Assembly: GCA_965230895.1 (NCBI GenBank)
Contig: OZ246394.1
Coordinates: forward strand, 1,185,887 to 1,249,886
DNA length: 64,000 bases
DNA from: an uncultured Gammaproteobacteria bacterium
Lineage (GTDB): Bacteria > Patescibacteriota > Microgenomatia > Levybacterales > UBA12049
Direction: 5' to 3'
Shown: piece by piece, positions 46,638 through 56,764 of the stretch
How the letters are laid out: every line of letters starts with the position of its first letter
Numbering within the stretch: position 1 is the first letter of the stretch
Translations under genes and position numbers: made by a program
Notes under the pieces: model-generated
Told to the model about the DNA's origin: nothing
Database searches by the model: none
The model's input: the letters and a program-made list of their open reading frames with translations, nothing else

Positions 46638-49622
46638 TTAATACCCTCTAAAGACTGCATTAAGGAACATAGTCACAGAATCACTTAATCCTCCATCAGA
46701 TTTATGTTTGGTTAGATCCTGCCAGAGGCCACGAAGGAACATTCTGAATTCGGTAGTCTTGGAAAGATTCTTCAACCATTTGATATCTTCTTTCGAGAAG
46801 AAGTTCTTGGTTACAGCTCCAGCAGTAAGATTAAATTCATCACCAAGGAAGTCTGCCGGGATCGAGTTAATTGCATCGAGAACTGTCGTGAAATAGTGAA
46901 CATTATAATTTGGATCTTTACTATGCTTGTCTATGTGTGTCCATAAGTCTCCCCCAAGTTTCATTAGCGCCCATTGTTTGTATGCTTGCGTTGGTTTCTC
47001 TTGGAGCTTTGTATAGTCAATCTCATAGCGACCATCAGCACCGATAATCCACTTCCCTGGTTTATCTTTTCCATTTTCATCTTTTTCACATTTACGATAT
47101 TCAGGAATGTCCAATATTTGATGCCCAAAAAGTGCCTCTCCCAACGGCATTTCTCGGAACTCATACTTATCCTTGCCATTCTTATCTCGTCCCATGAAGA
47201 CTTGATCCCGGACAAGCATGCTGTAGTTTACTTCACCAAACGTGTCAAATAAATATCGGAGCGGTTTCAAGAAATCTTCCTGAATTTCTTTCTGGAATTC
47301 TTCCCTATTGAAACTCATATGGCGGGTGAGAGGATCATACTTAGAGAATTTATCAAACTTAATCTCCTTTGCGCCCATAAGTCCATCGTATACTTTTTGA
47401 GCACGAGCGACGTGGTTCGCGACGTAATTTGTCATCGCCCGCTCATGGAACTCCAATTGTCCGGCGACACGGTTAGCGCTTTTATATAAATCTTCAAGTT
47501 CTTTCCGCTTTGCATTATATTTTTCAACATCATTTTTAGACTCCTCTATTTCTTTTTCCAAACGTTTTCTCGCTGCAAGCTGCTCAAGTCGCGTTTCGTT
47601 CATATCTTCAAAGACTTCACGGAGTGCTTTTTTTCGAGTTTGCTTTTTTCCGTTACGATCAACAACTTCATTGCCATCTTTATCTTTTGAATTTGTATAG
47701 GCCTGAGACACGCGAATACCATTCATGAAGTCCAACATTACTCGCTTGAACATCGGAATTGTATACAGATTACCTGCGCCATTACCACGTGAATCGGTAA
47801 CCATCTTTCGACGATATCCTTCTGTTCCCGTAAGCTTCTTTGTCGAGTCATACGCTGAAAAACCAACGTCATTTCTTGTCGCAGCTCCAGAAAAACGTAG
47901 CCATGATTTGGCGAGAAGAAGCGCCATATCCAAACTCGCATTGTCGACCACCATTGCATCACCATGATCGAGGGCATGTTCGTCAACTGCATAGATATTC
48001 TGTTCTCCCGAAGTAAATGAATGCTGGTCTTGAAGCGAAATTTTGAGTGCCTCTCGTACCACTTTTTCTAGCATTCCACTGTAGGCCATAGCGCCAAAGT
48101 AGTTTGCAAACGCTGAAAATCCACCTTTCTTTTCACCGGTTTTTGGGTCAATCTGATATTCCACAGCGTTTCCCTCTTTGTCAAAAGCAGCATCAAAACC
48201 ATTTGCTTGATCACCTAGGAATACCATCATTTCATCACGGCTAACGCGAGTTTGTTTATGTTTGCTTTTTACAACATTCTTCATCGCTTGCTTCCATGTA
48301 TCCTTCTGGAAGAATATTGAATCTTCCCCCATGACATTCTGCAATTCTTTGAAATCAGCCAGATTATAGTAGGCAAGCAAAGCCGTCGTAAATGCTGCTC
48401 CGACTTTATCATCAGGTTGTTCTTTGTTGTAGTCAAGCGCAAACGTAGACATAAAGTATGTCATGCTTTTACCATAGGAGGATTTTGTAATCTTATTCTT
48501 ATAATACAACTCGTTCAATTTCTTCGTGAGGTCTCCACCGCTTGACATCACTGTCTGGTAGTTTAGATCATAGTTTCGGAGATACATGACAGACAGCACT
48601 TCTTTAAGCAATTGATCATAAAGCTCTGTATTCATATGATTATCTTCATCATTAAAGAAACGAGATTTTTCGTCGATGAGGTCGTCAAGGGTAACAGGGC
48701 GGTATTCTTTTGGAATTTTGACTGCATGAAAGAAATCCACTTCAGAATCTGGTTCTTTATCATCAGCATAGAAGACGATAATCGTACGCATCCATCGCAT
48801 AAAATTTGCGTTATTCACATGATATCTTCCTCTAAATTCACCTTTCTCATCTTTCCGTACTTCCATCTGCATGATTGGGTATCGTCCATTAATACCAAAT
48901 TCAGCAGAGTCGTTGTAACCGATTTGCCAACCAAGTTGCTCTAATCCTTGAGGAGTTTTACTATCGTATTCGTTTTTATTCTCGTCGTTGAATTCATCAT
49001 AAAGAACATATTTGCGGACATATTCATCACGATCGATGCCAAGTCCGTGCGTTTCATTTGTGAGGAGCACTCGTTTTCTATAGTCTTTGCGGCTCCCACC
49101 ATATCGTTCTACGTAACGATCGACCTCGGCCTGAATTTCATTTTCGGCCTTATCACTCAAGTTAAGCATTTCACGGGTTTTGGCAACTGCCGCATCACCT
49201 GTGTAACCCTGGCCGACGAGGATTTCCATGAGGTTGTTAATTTTCCCTCGGACAGCTCTCTTTTCAAGCTCTGTCATAGCTGTTTCATCCCAATCAAGTA
49301 TTTTTTTGAGGTTCTCAGCAACTTCTTTTTTTTGTTTATTCTCTTCATTTTCTACATCCCAACCAAATTCCTTCCAGCTATCCATTTTACGAAGTACTGT
49401 TCCTTGTTTTTTCTCGGCTTGTTCCGCTTCAACACCAGCATCTAAGCCTGCTTCAAACTCTCGGAGCTCTTCCTCAATCTCAGACCATCTTTTCGGAGAA
49501 ATTCTTTTTGCAGCTGCAACGGCCTCTTCTGCAGAGTTTTCGGCAACATCTACTCCACCTTCATTCATAGTTCTATTATATCGGCTTGCGGAGAAGCCAG
49601 TCAATTCACTGTGGTTTTCCAT
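46638..49622 (-). CDS. large (994 aa) soluble protein of unknown function
   Basis: Uninterrupted ORF with no TM and no recognisable catalytic motif; sits between the VirB6-like gene and the regulator. Confidence 0.5.
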   Translation of the reverse strand: MENHSELTGFSASRYNRTMNEGGVDVAENSAEEAVAAAKRISPKRWSEIEEELREFEAGLDAGVEAEQAEKKQGTVLRKMDSWKEFGWDVENEENKQKKEVAENLKKILDWDETAMTELEKRAVRGKINNLMEILVGQGYTGDAAVAKTREMLNLSDKAENEIQAEVDRYVERYGGSRKDYRKRVLLTNETHGLGIDRDEYVRKYVLYDEFNDENKNEYDSKTPQGLEQLGWQIGYNDSAEFGINGRYPIMQMEVRKDEKGEFRGRYHVNNANFMRWMRTIIVFYADDKEPDSEVDFFHAVKIPKEYRPVTLDDLIDEKSRFFNDEDNHMNTELYDQLLKEVLSVMYLRNYDLNYQTVMSSGGDLTKKLNELYYKNKITKSSYGKSMTYFMSTFALDYNKEQPDDKVGAAFTTALLAYYNLADFKELQNVMGEDSIFFQKDTWKQAMKNVVKSKHKQTRVSRDEMMVFLGDQANGFDAAFDKEGNAVEYQIDPKTGEKKGGFSAFANYFGAMAYSGMLEKVVREALKISLQDQHSFTSGEQNIYAVDEHALDHGDAMVVDNASLDMALLLAKSWLRFSGAATRNDVGFSAYDSTKKLTGTEGYRRKMVTDSRGNGAGNLYTIPMFKRVMLDFMNGIRVSQAYTNSKDKDGNEVVDRNGKKQTRKKALREVFEDMNETRLEQLAARKRLEKEIEESKNDVEKYNAKRKELEDLYKSANRVAGQLEFHERAMTNYVANHVARAQKVYDGLMGAKEIKFDKFSKYDPLTRHMSFNREEFQKEIQEDFLKPLRYLFDTFGEVNYSMLVRDQVFMGRDKNGKDKYEFREMPLGEALFGHQILDIPEYRKCEKDENGKDKPGKWIIGADGRYEIDYTKLQEKPTQAYKQWALMKLGGDLWTHIDKHSKDPNYNVHYFTTVLDAINSIPADFLGDEFNLTAGAVTKNFFSKEDIKWLKNLSKTTEFRMFLRGLWQDLTKHKSDGGLSDSVTMFLNAVFRGY

Positions 49623-49688
49623 AGTAGGCGCATTGTAAAAGAAGAAGGGAGAATGTACTTTATATTGAAATTACAAAATAATTACAAT

Positions 49689-51017
49689 TTAGCTTATAAA
49701 TTTGAAGCCACGGCCTTTAATTGTATGGAGATGTGTCGGATGATTTGCATCTTCCTCAATTTTTCGCCGTACACGAAAAATAAGCTGATCCACGGCCTGA
49801 TCCGTGATACCTGCTGTTGACTTCATGCTCGACCATACTACGTTAATAAGTTCTTCCCGGTCCACAACTCGATCCTCATTCTGTAGCAAGTAGGTCAGCA
49901 AACGAAACTCAGATGAGGTGAGCTGGTCAGAAAGAATTGTCGAACCCTTCTTAATAGTATTAGTATTTTGATCATAAATAATTTTCTTTGATGTACTATT
50001 TTCCGTACCAGAATCTGAAGCCACAAACGCCGAAAGGAGCGGGATCTGCACAATATTATCTTTTAATAACCCTATGTTTTGGAGATATGTACGGACTTCT
50101 TCCTCTTCAAAACTATTCTCTTGGATATCAGCTTGTTCTGCAGGAGAAAGTGACAACCATATCTCACGTAAAGCACTCTTTATAGTTTTCTGCGCTAATA
50201 GATACTTTTGGAGATCGTCAGGGATCTCGCCATAACCAAGTAACGACTCTACTGCAATTTTGGTCAATTTACCATGTCCACCAGTCAGCTTCAACACGGC
50301 ATCGAGAACAGATTTTTCAAGTTTTTTGCTGGAAACTTTCTCTACAAATGATAGGCGATGTTTCGAAAAGACTTCATCATATAAAGAGACATAGACAATC
50401 TTCCCTGCAACAAATTCATAATAATCTGCAAGAAGTGATGGCTCCAAAAGATCTTCCAAAGGCCGATTTACAGAAAATACAATTGAGAAATGATATTTTG
50501 CTCGATTCCTAAGAATTCTCAAGTTACTAAAGAATTCCACAGGTACAGTACGGATATATTCCTCAAAGCGACTAAAGAGGAAGACCGTGGTTAGCTTGCG
50601 TTCCAATGCAAGGTAATCGATTGCTTCTTTGAATCCTTGGAAAAGAACCAGTTCATCATTGAATTGTAAATGCTCACGGAACTTATCTCCAACAACCTGG
50701 TTCTCTGCCTTCAAGCCACGTTCGCGTAACGACTCAGTTAAATTGAGGAAGAGAAATTTCATAACATCAAAGAGTGGTCGTGTTTTAATCTCAGAAAAGT
50801 CTACGATGACGAAATGCGTATTCTTTTGAGCATCCTTCAGGTATTTTTGTCTGATCTTACTATTATTTGCCAACAGCCCGAGGATTGTTGAACGACTGAC
50901 ACCCGGCATTCCGACAACCTGGCAAGAATTACCTTCCTTAATATATTGGATAATTTTTGAGATTTCCTCTTCACGTGTTGTGTCTGGAAATTGTGCTTCA
51001 AAATATTCTTCTACCAT
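49689..51017 (-). CDS. AAA+/P-loop ATPase fused to C-terminal OmpR/PhoB-type winged-helix DNA-binding domain (putative regulator)
   Basis: N-terminal VVGMPGVSRSTILGLL P-loop-like segment with hhhhD-type Walker B candidates (FVIVDFSE, VFLFSRFEE). C-terminal LTSSEFRLLTYLLQNEDRVVDREELINVVW...DQLIFRVRRKIE...TIKGRGFKF matches the trans_reg_C signature. Confidence 0.6.
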   Translation of the reverse strand: MVEEYFEAQFPDTTREEEISKIIQYIKEGNSCQVVGMPGVSRSTILGLLANNSKIRQKYLKDAQKNTHFVIVDFSEIKTRPLFDVMKFLFLNLTESLRERGLKAENQVVGDKFREHLQFNDELVLFQGFKEAIDYLALERKLTTVFLFSRFEEYIRTVPVEFFSNLRILRNRAKYHFSIVFSVNRPLEDLLEPSLLADYYEFVAGKIVYVSLYDEVFSKHRLSFVEKVSSKKLEKSVLDAVLKLTGGHGKLTKIAVESLLGYGEIPDDLQKYLLAQKTIKSALREIWLSLSPAEQADIQENSFEEEEVRTYLQNIGLLKDNIVQIPLLSAFVASDSGTENSTSKKIIYDQNTNTIKKGSTILSDQLTSSEFRLLTYLLQNEDRVVDREELINVVWSSMKSTAGITDQAVDQLIFRVRRKIEEDANHPTHLHTIKGRGFKFIS

Positions 51018-51101
51018 ACTATGATTCTAATTTGTTTCAAGCCAATCTTCAAGTAAATTTCTATGCTTGCATAGCATGCAGTTCTTTAGTATCGTAGATT
51101 T

Positions 51102-51428
51102 ATGGACTACTTAGCACTTACCTTACCAGGGAATAGATCAATTGAACCACCTGCAGGAGCAAATTTGCCCACAGGAGGATTAGACACATTATCCAATGCT
51201 ATTAGCGTCGGAATTTCATGGATGATTATTATTGCAATCATCCTTTCCTTATTTTTTCTTGTAACAGGAGGTATTGCTTGGTCTTCATCTGGTGGAGATA
51301 AGGGCAAAATTGCAGCTGCAAGAGCAAGACTTACGTATGCTCTTGTTGGTTTACTCGTAGCAATTTCAGCGTTCTTCATAATTAATGTATTCGGAACCTT
51401 TTTGGGCGTTAAATTCTTTGGGAATTGA
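51102..51428 (+). CDS. VirB2/T4SS-pilin-like small hydrophobic protein, paralog 1
   Basis: Shares the TM-GGIAWSSSGGDKGKIAAARARLTYALVGLLVAISAFFI core with the next two genes; N-terminal region lacks a clear signal peptide. Confidence 0.45.
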   Translation: MDYLALTLPGNRSIEPPAGANLPTGGLDTLSNAISVGISWMIIIAIILSLFFLVTGGIAWSSSGGDKGKIAAARARLTYALVGLLVAISAFFIINVFGTFLGVKFFGN

Positions 51429-51467
51429 GATAATCTGATCTATTGACAAAGATTAAATTATTGTTCT

Positions 51468-51896
51468 ATGATGAATAAAGATAATATGAAAAAAGTTCTA
51501 ACAGCGATAGTTTCAGGAAGTGCAGCATACCTTGCAACAGCAGGATACGCATTAGCAGGAACAAGTGTTGATCCATGTGATGGTATCCAAAGTGGATTTG
51601 ATACGCTTTGCGGTCTTAGTGGAGATAATCTTGGAGCAATTATTGGTGCTGCTGTTACCTTCATCTTGATTGTTGCAGTTCTTATCGCTCTCTTCTTCCT
51701 TATCTTTGGAGGTATCCGATGGATCACATCAGGTGGAGATAAAGCAAAAGTAGAAAGTGCACGAGGCACTATTATCGCAGCAATCATTGGTTTAGTTATC
51801 GCTTTCTTAGCATTCTTCATCCTCTCACTCGCTTTGAGTTTCTTCGGCTTGAGTCTCTCAAACCTTCAACTCCCTACACTCGAAGGAATCAACTAA
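51468..51896 (+). CDS. VirB2/T4SS-pilin-like protein, paralog 2
   Basis: Signal peptide (real start probably MKKVLTAIV at 51486), two TM helices flanking GGIRWITSGGDKAKVESARG. Confidence 0.55.
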   Translation: MMNKDNMKKVLTAIVSGSAAYLATAGYALAGTSVDPCDGIQSGFDTLCGLSGDNLGAIIGAAVTFILIVAVLIALFFLIFGGIRWITSGGDKAKVESARGTIIAAIIGLVIAFLAFFILSLALSFFGLSLSNLQLPTLEGIN

Positions 51897-51973
51897 GATT
51901 CTCTTTACATTTACTCTAATTGATATTGTTATACCTCTTGCATTCTATTAAATATCTTTGCTAGGCTAATTAT

Positions 51974-52372
51974 ATGTTAAAGAAATTACTTGTATCAGCT
52001 CTAGCTGTAGTAACTTTATTTTTCGCTACGGCACCAGTCGCGCCTGTACATGCACAATTTCGGGATTGGGATCAAGGTTGTTTGAAAGATGGTGTAGCAT
52101 CACTTCGATGTATTCCATTTGTGTTTGGAAATATTGTAACAGCTCTTCTTATCTTTGTAGGGACAGTAGCTGTTATCTTGCTCGTTTATGCGGGCATTCG
52201 ATTTATCACATCAGGTGGAGACCCAAAGAAAGTTGCAGGGGCACGACAAATAATTACGTACGCCATAATTGGATTAGTACTTGTATTATCATCGTTCCTA
52301 ATAATTACACTCATCAGTTACACAACTGGCGTCGAATGTATCAGGACGTTTGGATTTGCTAACTGCAAATAG
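51974..52372 (+). CDS. VirB2/T4SS-pilin-like protein, paralog 3
   Basis: Signal peptide MLKKLLVSALAVVTLFFATAPVAPVHA; core AGIRFITSGGDPKKVAGARQIITYAIIGLVL. Confidence 0.55.
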   Translation: MLKKLLVSALAVVTLFFATAPVAPVHAQFRDWDQGCLKDGVASLRCIPFVFGNIVTALLIFVGTVAVILLVYAGIRFITSGGDPKKVAGARQIITYAIIGLVLVLSSFLIITLISYTTGVECIRTFGFANCK

Positions 52373-52601
52373 TTCCAAACTTTTCACACTTGAGGCTAAA
52401 CCACTACTCCTTTTGACATACTTTGTTGGGGTTGCAATCAAATTTTTCACGTTATACACTTTTAGCAACAGAAGACATCATTTCGAGTCTTTAATCGGGT
52501 ATTAGAGCATGCTATCCGAGACAGCAAAAGAAACTCAGTATTATCCATCATTTGCTTTGTTTATTTCGTTCACAGTGTGCTTAGAATTTATCTAACTATT
52601 T

Positions 52602-54002
52602 ATGGACCAACATCCTATACCACAAGACGTTACCGGATTTCAGTTTAAATTGATCGGCACAATGACTGTTAAGCAGTTCGGTTATGTTGCGGTGGGAGCA
52701 GTAATGGCAGTTGTCCTCTATTACCTACCTCTATCAGGTTTTTTTGCTGTTCTTTTTAAAGTATTTATGATCCCTATACTTGGAGCAAGTGGCGTTATTG
52801 TTGCTTTTGTACCAATAGACGGTCGACCGATAGATACTATGGCTACAAATTTTGTAAAAGCACTCTTTTCTCCAAATCAGTATATATATAAAAGACAAGG
52901 GAGAAAGATGAGCTTTTCAACAGTAACAGTAGTCAAGCCTGTGGCTGCAACGACGACAGCACAAACTGCAGCAACCCCAGTAAAGTCAGTGGGTTCAGCA
53001 AAAGATCTTGATGCTAAAGAAGAAAAATTAAGAGCATTCCTTATGAGTTCTCAAGGACGAGTTAAAAACGATCTTGATAAAAAGGAGGCATCGTTCCTTA
53101 AGACATTCGGACCCCCAGCTATTGCTGTACCAAATAAAGCACAGATTGGAGCAGCTCCTACACCAGCTATTCCAGTGAGACCTGCTGCACCAACATTACA
53201 GAAAGCTCAGGTGGCAAAACCGACAATAATACAACCACTGTCACAAATACAGAAAACTGCACCTTTGACACCAAAACCAGCAATTACGCCAGCTCAACCT
53301 GTTCAAAAACCAGTAATGGCTGCTCCTGCTCCACAAAAGGAAACACCAGAGACATTGGCACAGAAAGAACAAGTACTGACACAAGAACTTGCGCAAGCAA
53401 AGCAGGAAGAAGCTACACAAGTACAACCTGCTGCACATGATGCGGCTCATGCAAAGGTAGAAATACTTGCAAAGCAAATTGAAGATATCCATTCTCAAAA
53501 GCAGAAGCTTGAGACTGAACTTATGGCCTTGAGACAGCAGCTCACAGAACAAAAGAGTCAGCCAACACCAGTTCAACAGCCTGCGACTGTACCAGCTCCA
53601 GCTGCAAAACCAGCAATCCCAATCCAGGACCCGCATCTAGTCAAAGTTGTAGCCGCAGATGGAGCAGTAAAGAAGCATGATGTTCCACGAGTATCAGACA
53701 CACCAAATGTTGTTGTTGGTATTGTAAAAGATCCTCGAGGTAACATATTGTCAAATATACTTGTTGAGGTAAAAGATAGCGAAGGAAACCCGGTAAGAGC
53801 ATTTAAGACAAATCCTCTTGGACAGTTTGCTTCTGCAACACCTCTTAGTCCAGGAGTGTATACATTGGAGCTTGAAGATCCAAAGAAGCAACACAGTTTT
53901 GATGTTATTCAGATAACTGCGAATAATGAGATTATGCGTCCGATTGAAGTTATTTCTCATGATGCTCGAGAAGCATTGCGACAACAACTGTTCGCATCTT
54001 AA
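52602..54002 (+). CDS. membrane-anchored protein with Pro/Ala/Gln-rich linker, coiled-coil and C-terminal CarboxypepD_reg-like beta-sandwich
   Basis: Two N-terminal TM helices; PAxP-rich spacer; C-terminal VVGIVKDPRGNILSNILVEVKDSEGNPV...GVYTLELE pattern. Confidence 0.4.
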   Translation: MDQHPIPQDVTGFQFKLIGTMTVKQFGYVAVGAVMAVVLYYLPLSGFFAVLFKVFMIPILGASGVIVAFVPIDGRPIDTMATNFVKALFSPNQYIYKRQGRKMSFSTVTVVKPVAATTTAQTAATPVKSVGSAKDLDAKEEKLRAFLMSSQGRVKNDLDKKEASFLKTFGPPAIAVPNKAQIGAAPTPAIPVRPAAPTLQKAQVAKPTIIQPLSQIQKTAPLTPKPAITPAQPVQKPVMAAPAPQKETPETLAQKEQVLTQELAQAKQEEATQVQPAAHDAAHAKVEILAKQIEDIHSQKQKLETELMALRQQLTEQKSQPTPVQQPATVPAPAAKPAIPIQDPHLVKVVAADGAVKKHDVPRVSDTPNVVVGIVKDPRGNILSNILVEVKDSEGNPVRAFKTNPLGQFASATPLSPGVYTLELEDPKKQHSFDVIQITANNEIMRPIEVISHDAREALRQQLFAS

Positions 54003-54010
54003 TAAATACT

Positions 54011-54676
54011 ATGGCTGCCCAAAAAATACACGCAACAACACAAAAATTCACCGAGATCGTAGATTTTGGTGAAGACATTGTAATTCTCGAGGGAGGAAAT
54101 GCATGCATGATCATAGAGATCACTGCAAGTAACTTCGCGTTGCTTTCAAAAAGAGAACAAGATTCGAGAATCTTCTCATATGCAGGACTTTTAAATTCTC
54201 TTTCCTTCCCTATTCAAATTTTAATTCGTAACCGCCGTATGGACATCTCACAATACATTAACGAGCTTAATGAGGTGATTAAGAACACGAAGAATCCACA
54301 ATTGAAAGCATATGTCGAATATTACAGTGGCTTTGTTCAAGAAATGGTCACTGTTAATGTCGTTTTGAATAAGCAATTTTATATCGTAATCCCCTTCTCC
54401 TCGCTTGAAATGGGTGTAACTGGTGCGACACAAGCAACGCAAAAAGGACAAGCTCAAGTTGATGCTTTTACAACAGCTGCAAGAAAGGCATTACAAACAA
54501 AAGCAAACTCCCTCCTTGGGCAACTTCAGAAATTCGCAACTTCGGCAAGAGTACTGGAAAAAGAAGATTTGATAAAACTCTTTTACGAAATTTACAATGA
54601 GTCTACTGAAGTTGCCATGGATCAGATGGAAGAAGGGGCAGAAGCTTCAATCGTGAAAGGAGGAACACCACAATAA
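54011..54676 (+). CDS. hypothetical soluble protein immediately upstream of VirB4 (stop/start overlap)
   Basis: 221 aa, no TM; ATGA overlap with the VirB4 gene suggests translational coupling. Confidence 0.4.
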   Translation: MAAQKIHATTQKFTEIVDFGEDIVILEGGNACMIIEITASNFALLSKREQDSRIFSYAGLLNSLSFPIQILIRNRRMDISQYINELNEVIKNTKNPQLKAYVEYYSGFVQEMVTVNVVLNKQFYIVIPFSSLEMGVTGATQATQKGQAQVDAFTTAARKALQTKANSLLGQLQKFATSARVLEKEDLIKLFYEIYNESTEVAMDQMEEGAEASIVKGGTPQ

Positions 54677-56718
54677 TGAATTTGCCATTTGGAAAAAAAG
54701 CTAACCCAGCAGCTCCTACAGCTGCACCTGTTGCAGGACAAAAACCTGCAGTAGCGGCCGCAAAGCCAGGTGCTGCTCCAGCAAAAGGGAAAGCTCCTGC
54801 TGCGCCAGTTTCAAAAGGCATAGACACATTTGAAAAAGGTCTTACGTCTGTCGTGGACCTTATTGCCCCATCATCAGTAGAAGTTGATTTCCGGTATATT
54901 CGAGTTGGAGACAACTTCTATACTACGCTTTTTATTGCAGGATACCCACGTTATGTATCACCTGGTTGGCTTGAAGGCATTATCGATTACGATCATACAA
55001 TGGATATTGCGATGTTTTGCTATCCAACCTCCTCTTCTGATGTCCTCGCAGATTTGAAAAGAAAAATTGGAGAAATGCAGGCAACACTTGCGTCAGATGC
55101 TGAACAAGGAAAAGTTGCAGATCCGACAGTTGAAGCTGCTCTTGAAGATGCTTTGGGCCTCCAGGAAGAACTTGCAAAGGGCGTTGAAAGATTCTTCCAA
55201 TTTGGTTTTTATATTACCGTCTCAGATGGCGATATCACAAGGCTTCAGGAAACAATTAAAAATCTTCAAACAGCACTCAACGGGCTTTTGCTTACAGGAA
55301 AAATTGCAACGCTGCAAATGGAAGAAGGATTTAAATCATCACTTCCGATTGGACAAGACAGACTCTATATTACTCGTAATATGGATACCTCATCTTTGGC
55401 TTCGACCTTTCCATTTACCTCTGCTGTTTTGACGCAAAACAGAGGTGTTATGTACGGTGTGAACCAACAAAATGGATCGCTCATCATTTTTGATCGGTTC
55501 TCTTTGGAAAATGCAAACGAAGTTGTACTCGGAAAATCCGGTGCAGGAAAATCTTTTACGATTAAGCTTGAGATCATGCGGCAATTCATGCTTGGAGCCG
55601 AAGTTATTGTTATTGATCCTGAAGGAGAATATGAGACAATGACCCCTGCTCTTGGCGGTGAAGTTGTAGAGTTCTCATCAGGTTCGGCGATAAAAATTAA
55701 TCCGTTTGACCTCTCAGATATTTATGAAGAGGGAGAAAATGAACTTGGATTGAAGATTCTCTCACTACATGGTCTACTCAAAATTATTACAGGTGATCTT
55801 GATGCAGAACATGATGCGATTCTTGATCGTGCGCTTATTGAAACATATAAATCTAAAGGTATTACTACAGATCCTGCAACACAAAAGAAACAACCACCGT
55901 TAATGGAAGATTTATACAAAATCCTTCTTGGTATGGAAAATGAGCCAGCACGTGAGTTGGCATATACCCTTGAGAAGTTTATTAAAGGTAGTGCTTCTGG
56001 CATCTTCAATCAACAATCAAACTTTGAGATTAACAATCCGCTTACAGTTTTCTCTATTCGAAATCTCGAGGAAGCACTCCGTCCAGTGGCAATGCATATC
56101 ATTCTTGATTTCGTTTGGACCAAAGTTAAACGATCATTGAAAAAGCGTATTTTGATCCTTGATGAAGGTTGGTACATGATGAAGTATCAAGACTCAGCCT
56201 CATTCGTTTATTCAATTGCCAAACGTGCTCGTAAATACTTCCTTGGGATGACAACTGCCACACAGGATGTTGAAGACTTTTTGAAAAACGAATACGGAAA
56301 AGCTGTCCTTACCAACTCGTCTATTCAGGTGCTTCTCAAACAAGGTACAGCAGAAGTTGATATGATTACCGACACTTTCTACCTTTCAGAGGGAGAGAAA
56401 GCCTTACTGCTTTCTGCGGACGTAGGAGAAGGCCTTTTCTTTGCTGGACAGAATCACGTAGCAATGAAGGTTTTTGCGGCTCCTTTTGAACATGAACTCA
56501 TCACATCCAACCCAATGGAACTCCTTAAAAGACAGCAGGAGAAAGAGCGCGCAAATCTAGCAGAAGGTATTAAACCGGAAGCAGAGCCCGGCCAGACATC
56601 AGTAGAGAATCCTTCAGTAGCTCCTGCCACCGAACCTGGAATACCTTCGGTAGAAAATCCTGATATCCCCTCAACTCCGCCGCCAGGAACACCTCCAGGT
56701 GGGAATCCAAATGCTTAA
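54676..56718 (+). CDS. virB4: type IV secretion system ATPase VirB4/TrbE/CagE family (Gram-positive TraE/PrgJ-like)
   Basis: Walker A VVLGKSGAGKS, Walker B RILILDEGW; N-terminal domain YTTLFIAGYPRYVSPGWLEGII typical of VirB4. Confidence 0.85.
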   Translation: MNLPFGKKANPAAPTAAPVAGQKPAVAAAKPGAAPAKGKAPAAPVSKGIDTFEKGLTSVVDLIAPSSVEVDFRYIRVGDNFYTTLFIAGYPRYVSPGWLEGIIDYDHTMDIAMFCYPTSSSDVLADLKRKIGEMQATLASDAEQGKVADPTVEAALEDALGLQEELAKGVERFFQFGFYITVSDGDITRLQETIKNLQTALNGLLLTGKIATLQMEEGFKSSLPIGQDRLYITRNMDTSSLASTFPFTSAVLTQNRGVMYGVNQQNGSLIIFDRFSLENANEVVLGKSGAGKSFTIKLEIMRQFMLGAEVIVIDPEGEYETMTPALGGEVVEFSSGSAIKINPFDLSDIYEEGENELGLKILSLHGLLKIITGDLDAEHDAILDRALIETYKSKGITTDPATQKKQPPLMEDLYKILLGMENEPARELAYTLEKFIKGSASGIFNQQSNFEINNPLTVFSIRNLEEALRPVAMHIILDFVWTKVKRSLKKRILILDEGWYMMKYQDSASFVYSIAKRARKYFLGMTTATQDVEDFLKNEYGKAVLTNSSIQVLLKQGTAEVDMITDTFYLSEGEKALLLSADVGEGLFFAGQNHVAMKVFAAPFEHELITSNPMELLKRQQEKERANLAEGIKPEAEPGQTSVENPSVAPATEPGIPSVENPDIPSTPPPGTPPGGNPNA

Positions 56719-56764
56719 TACGCATTCGCTTATCTCATCTTCTGGTTTCTGATACTATTAATAT

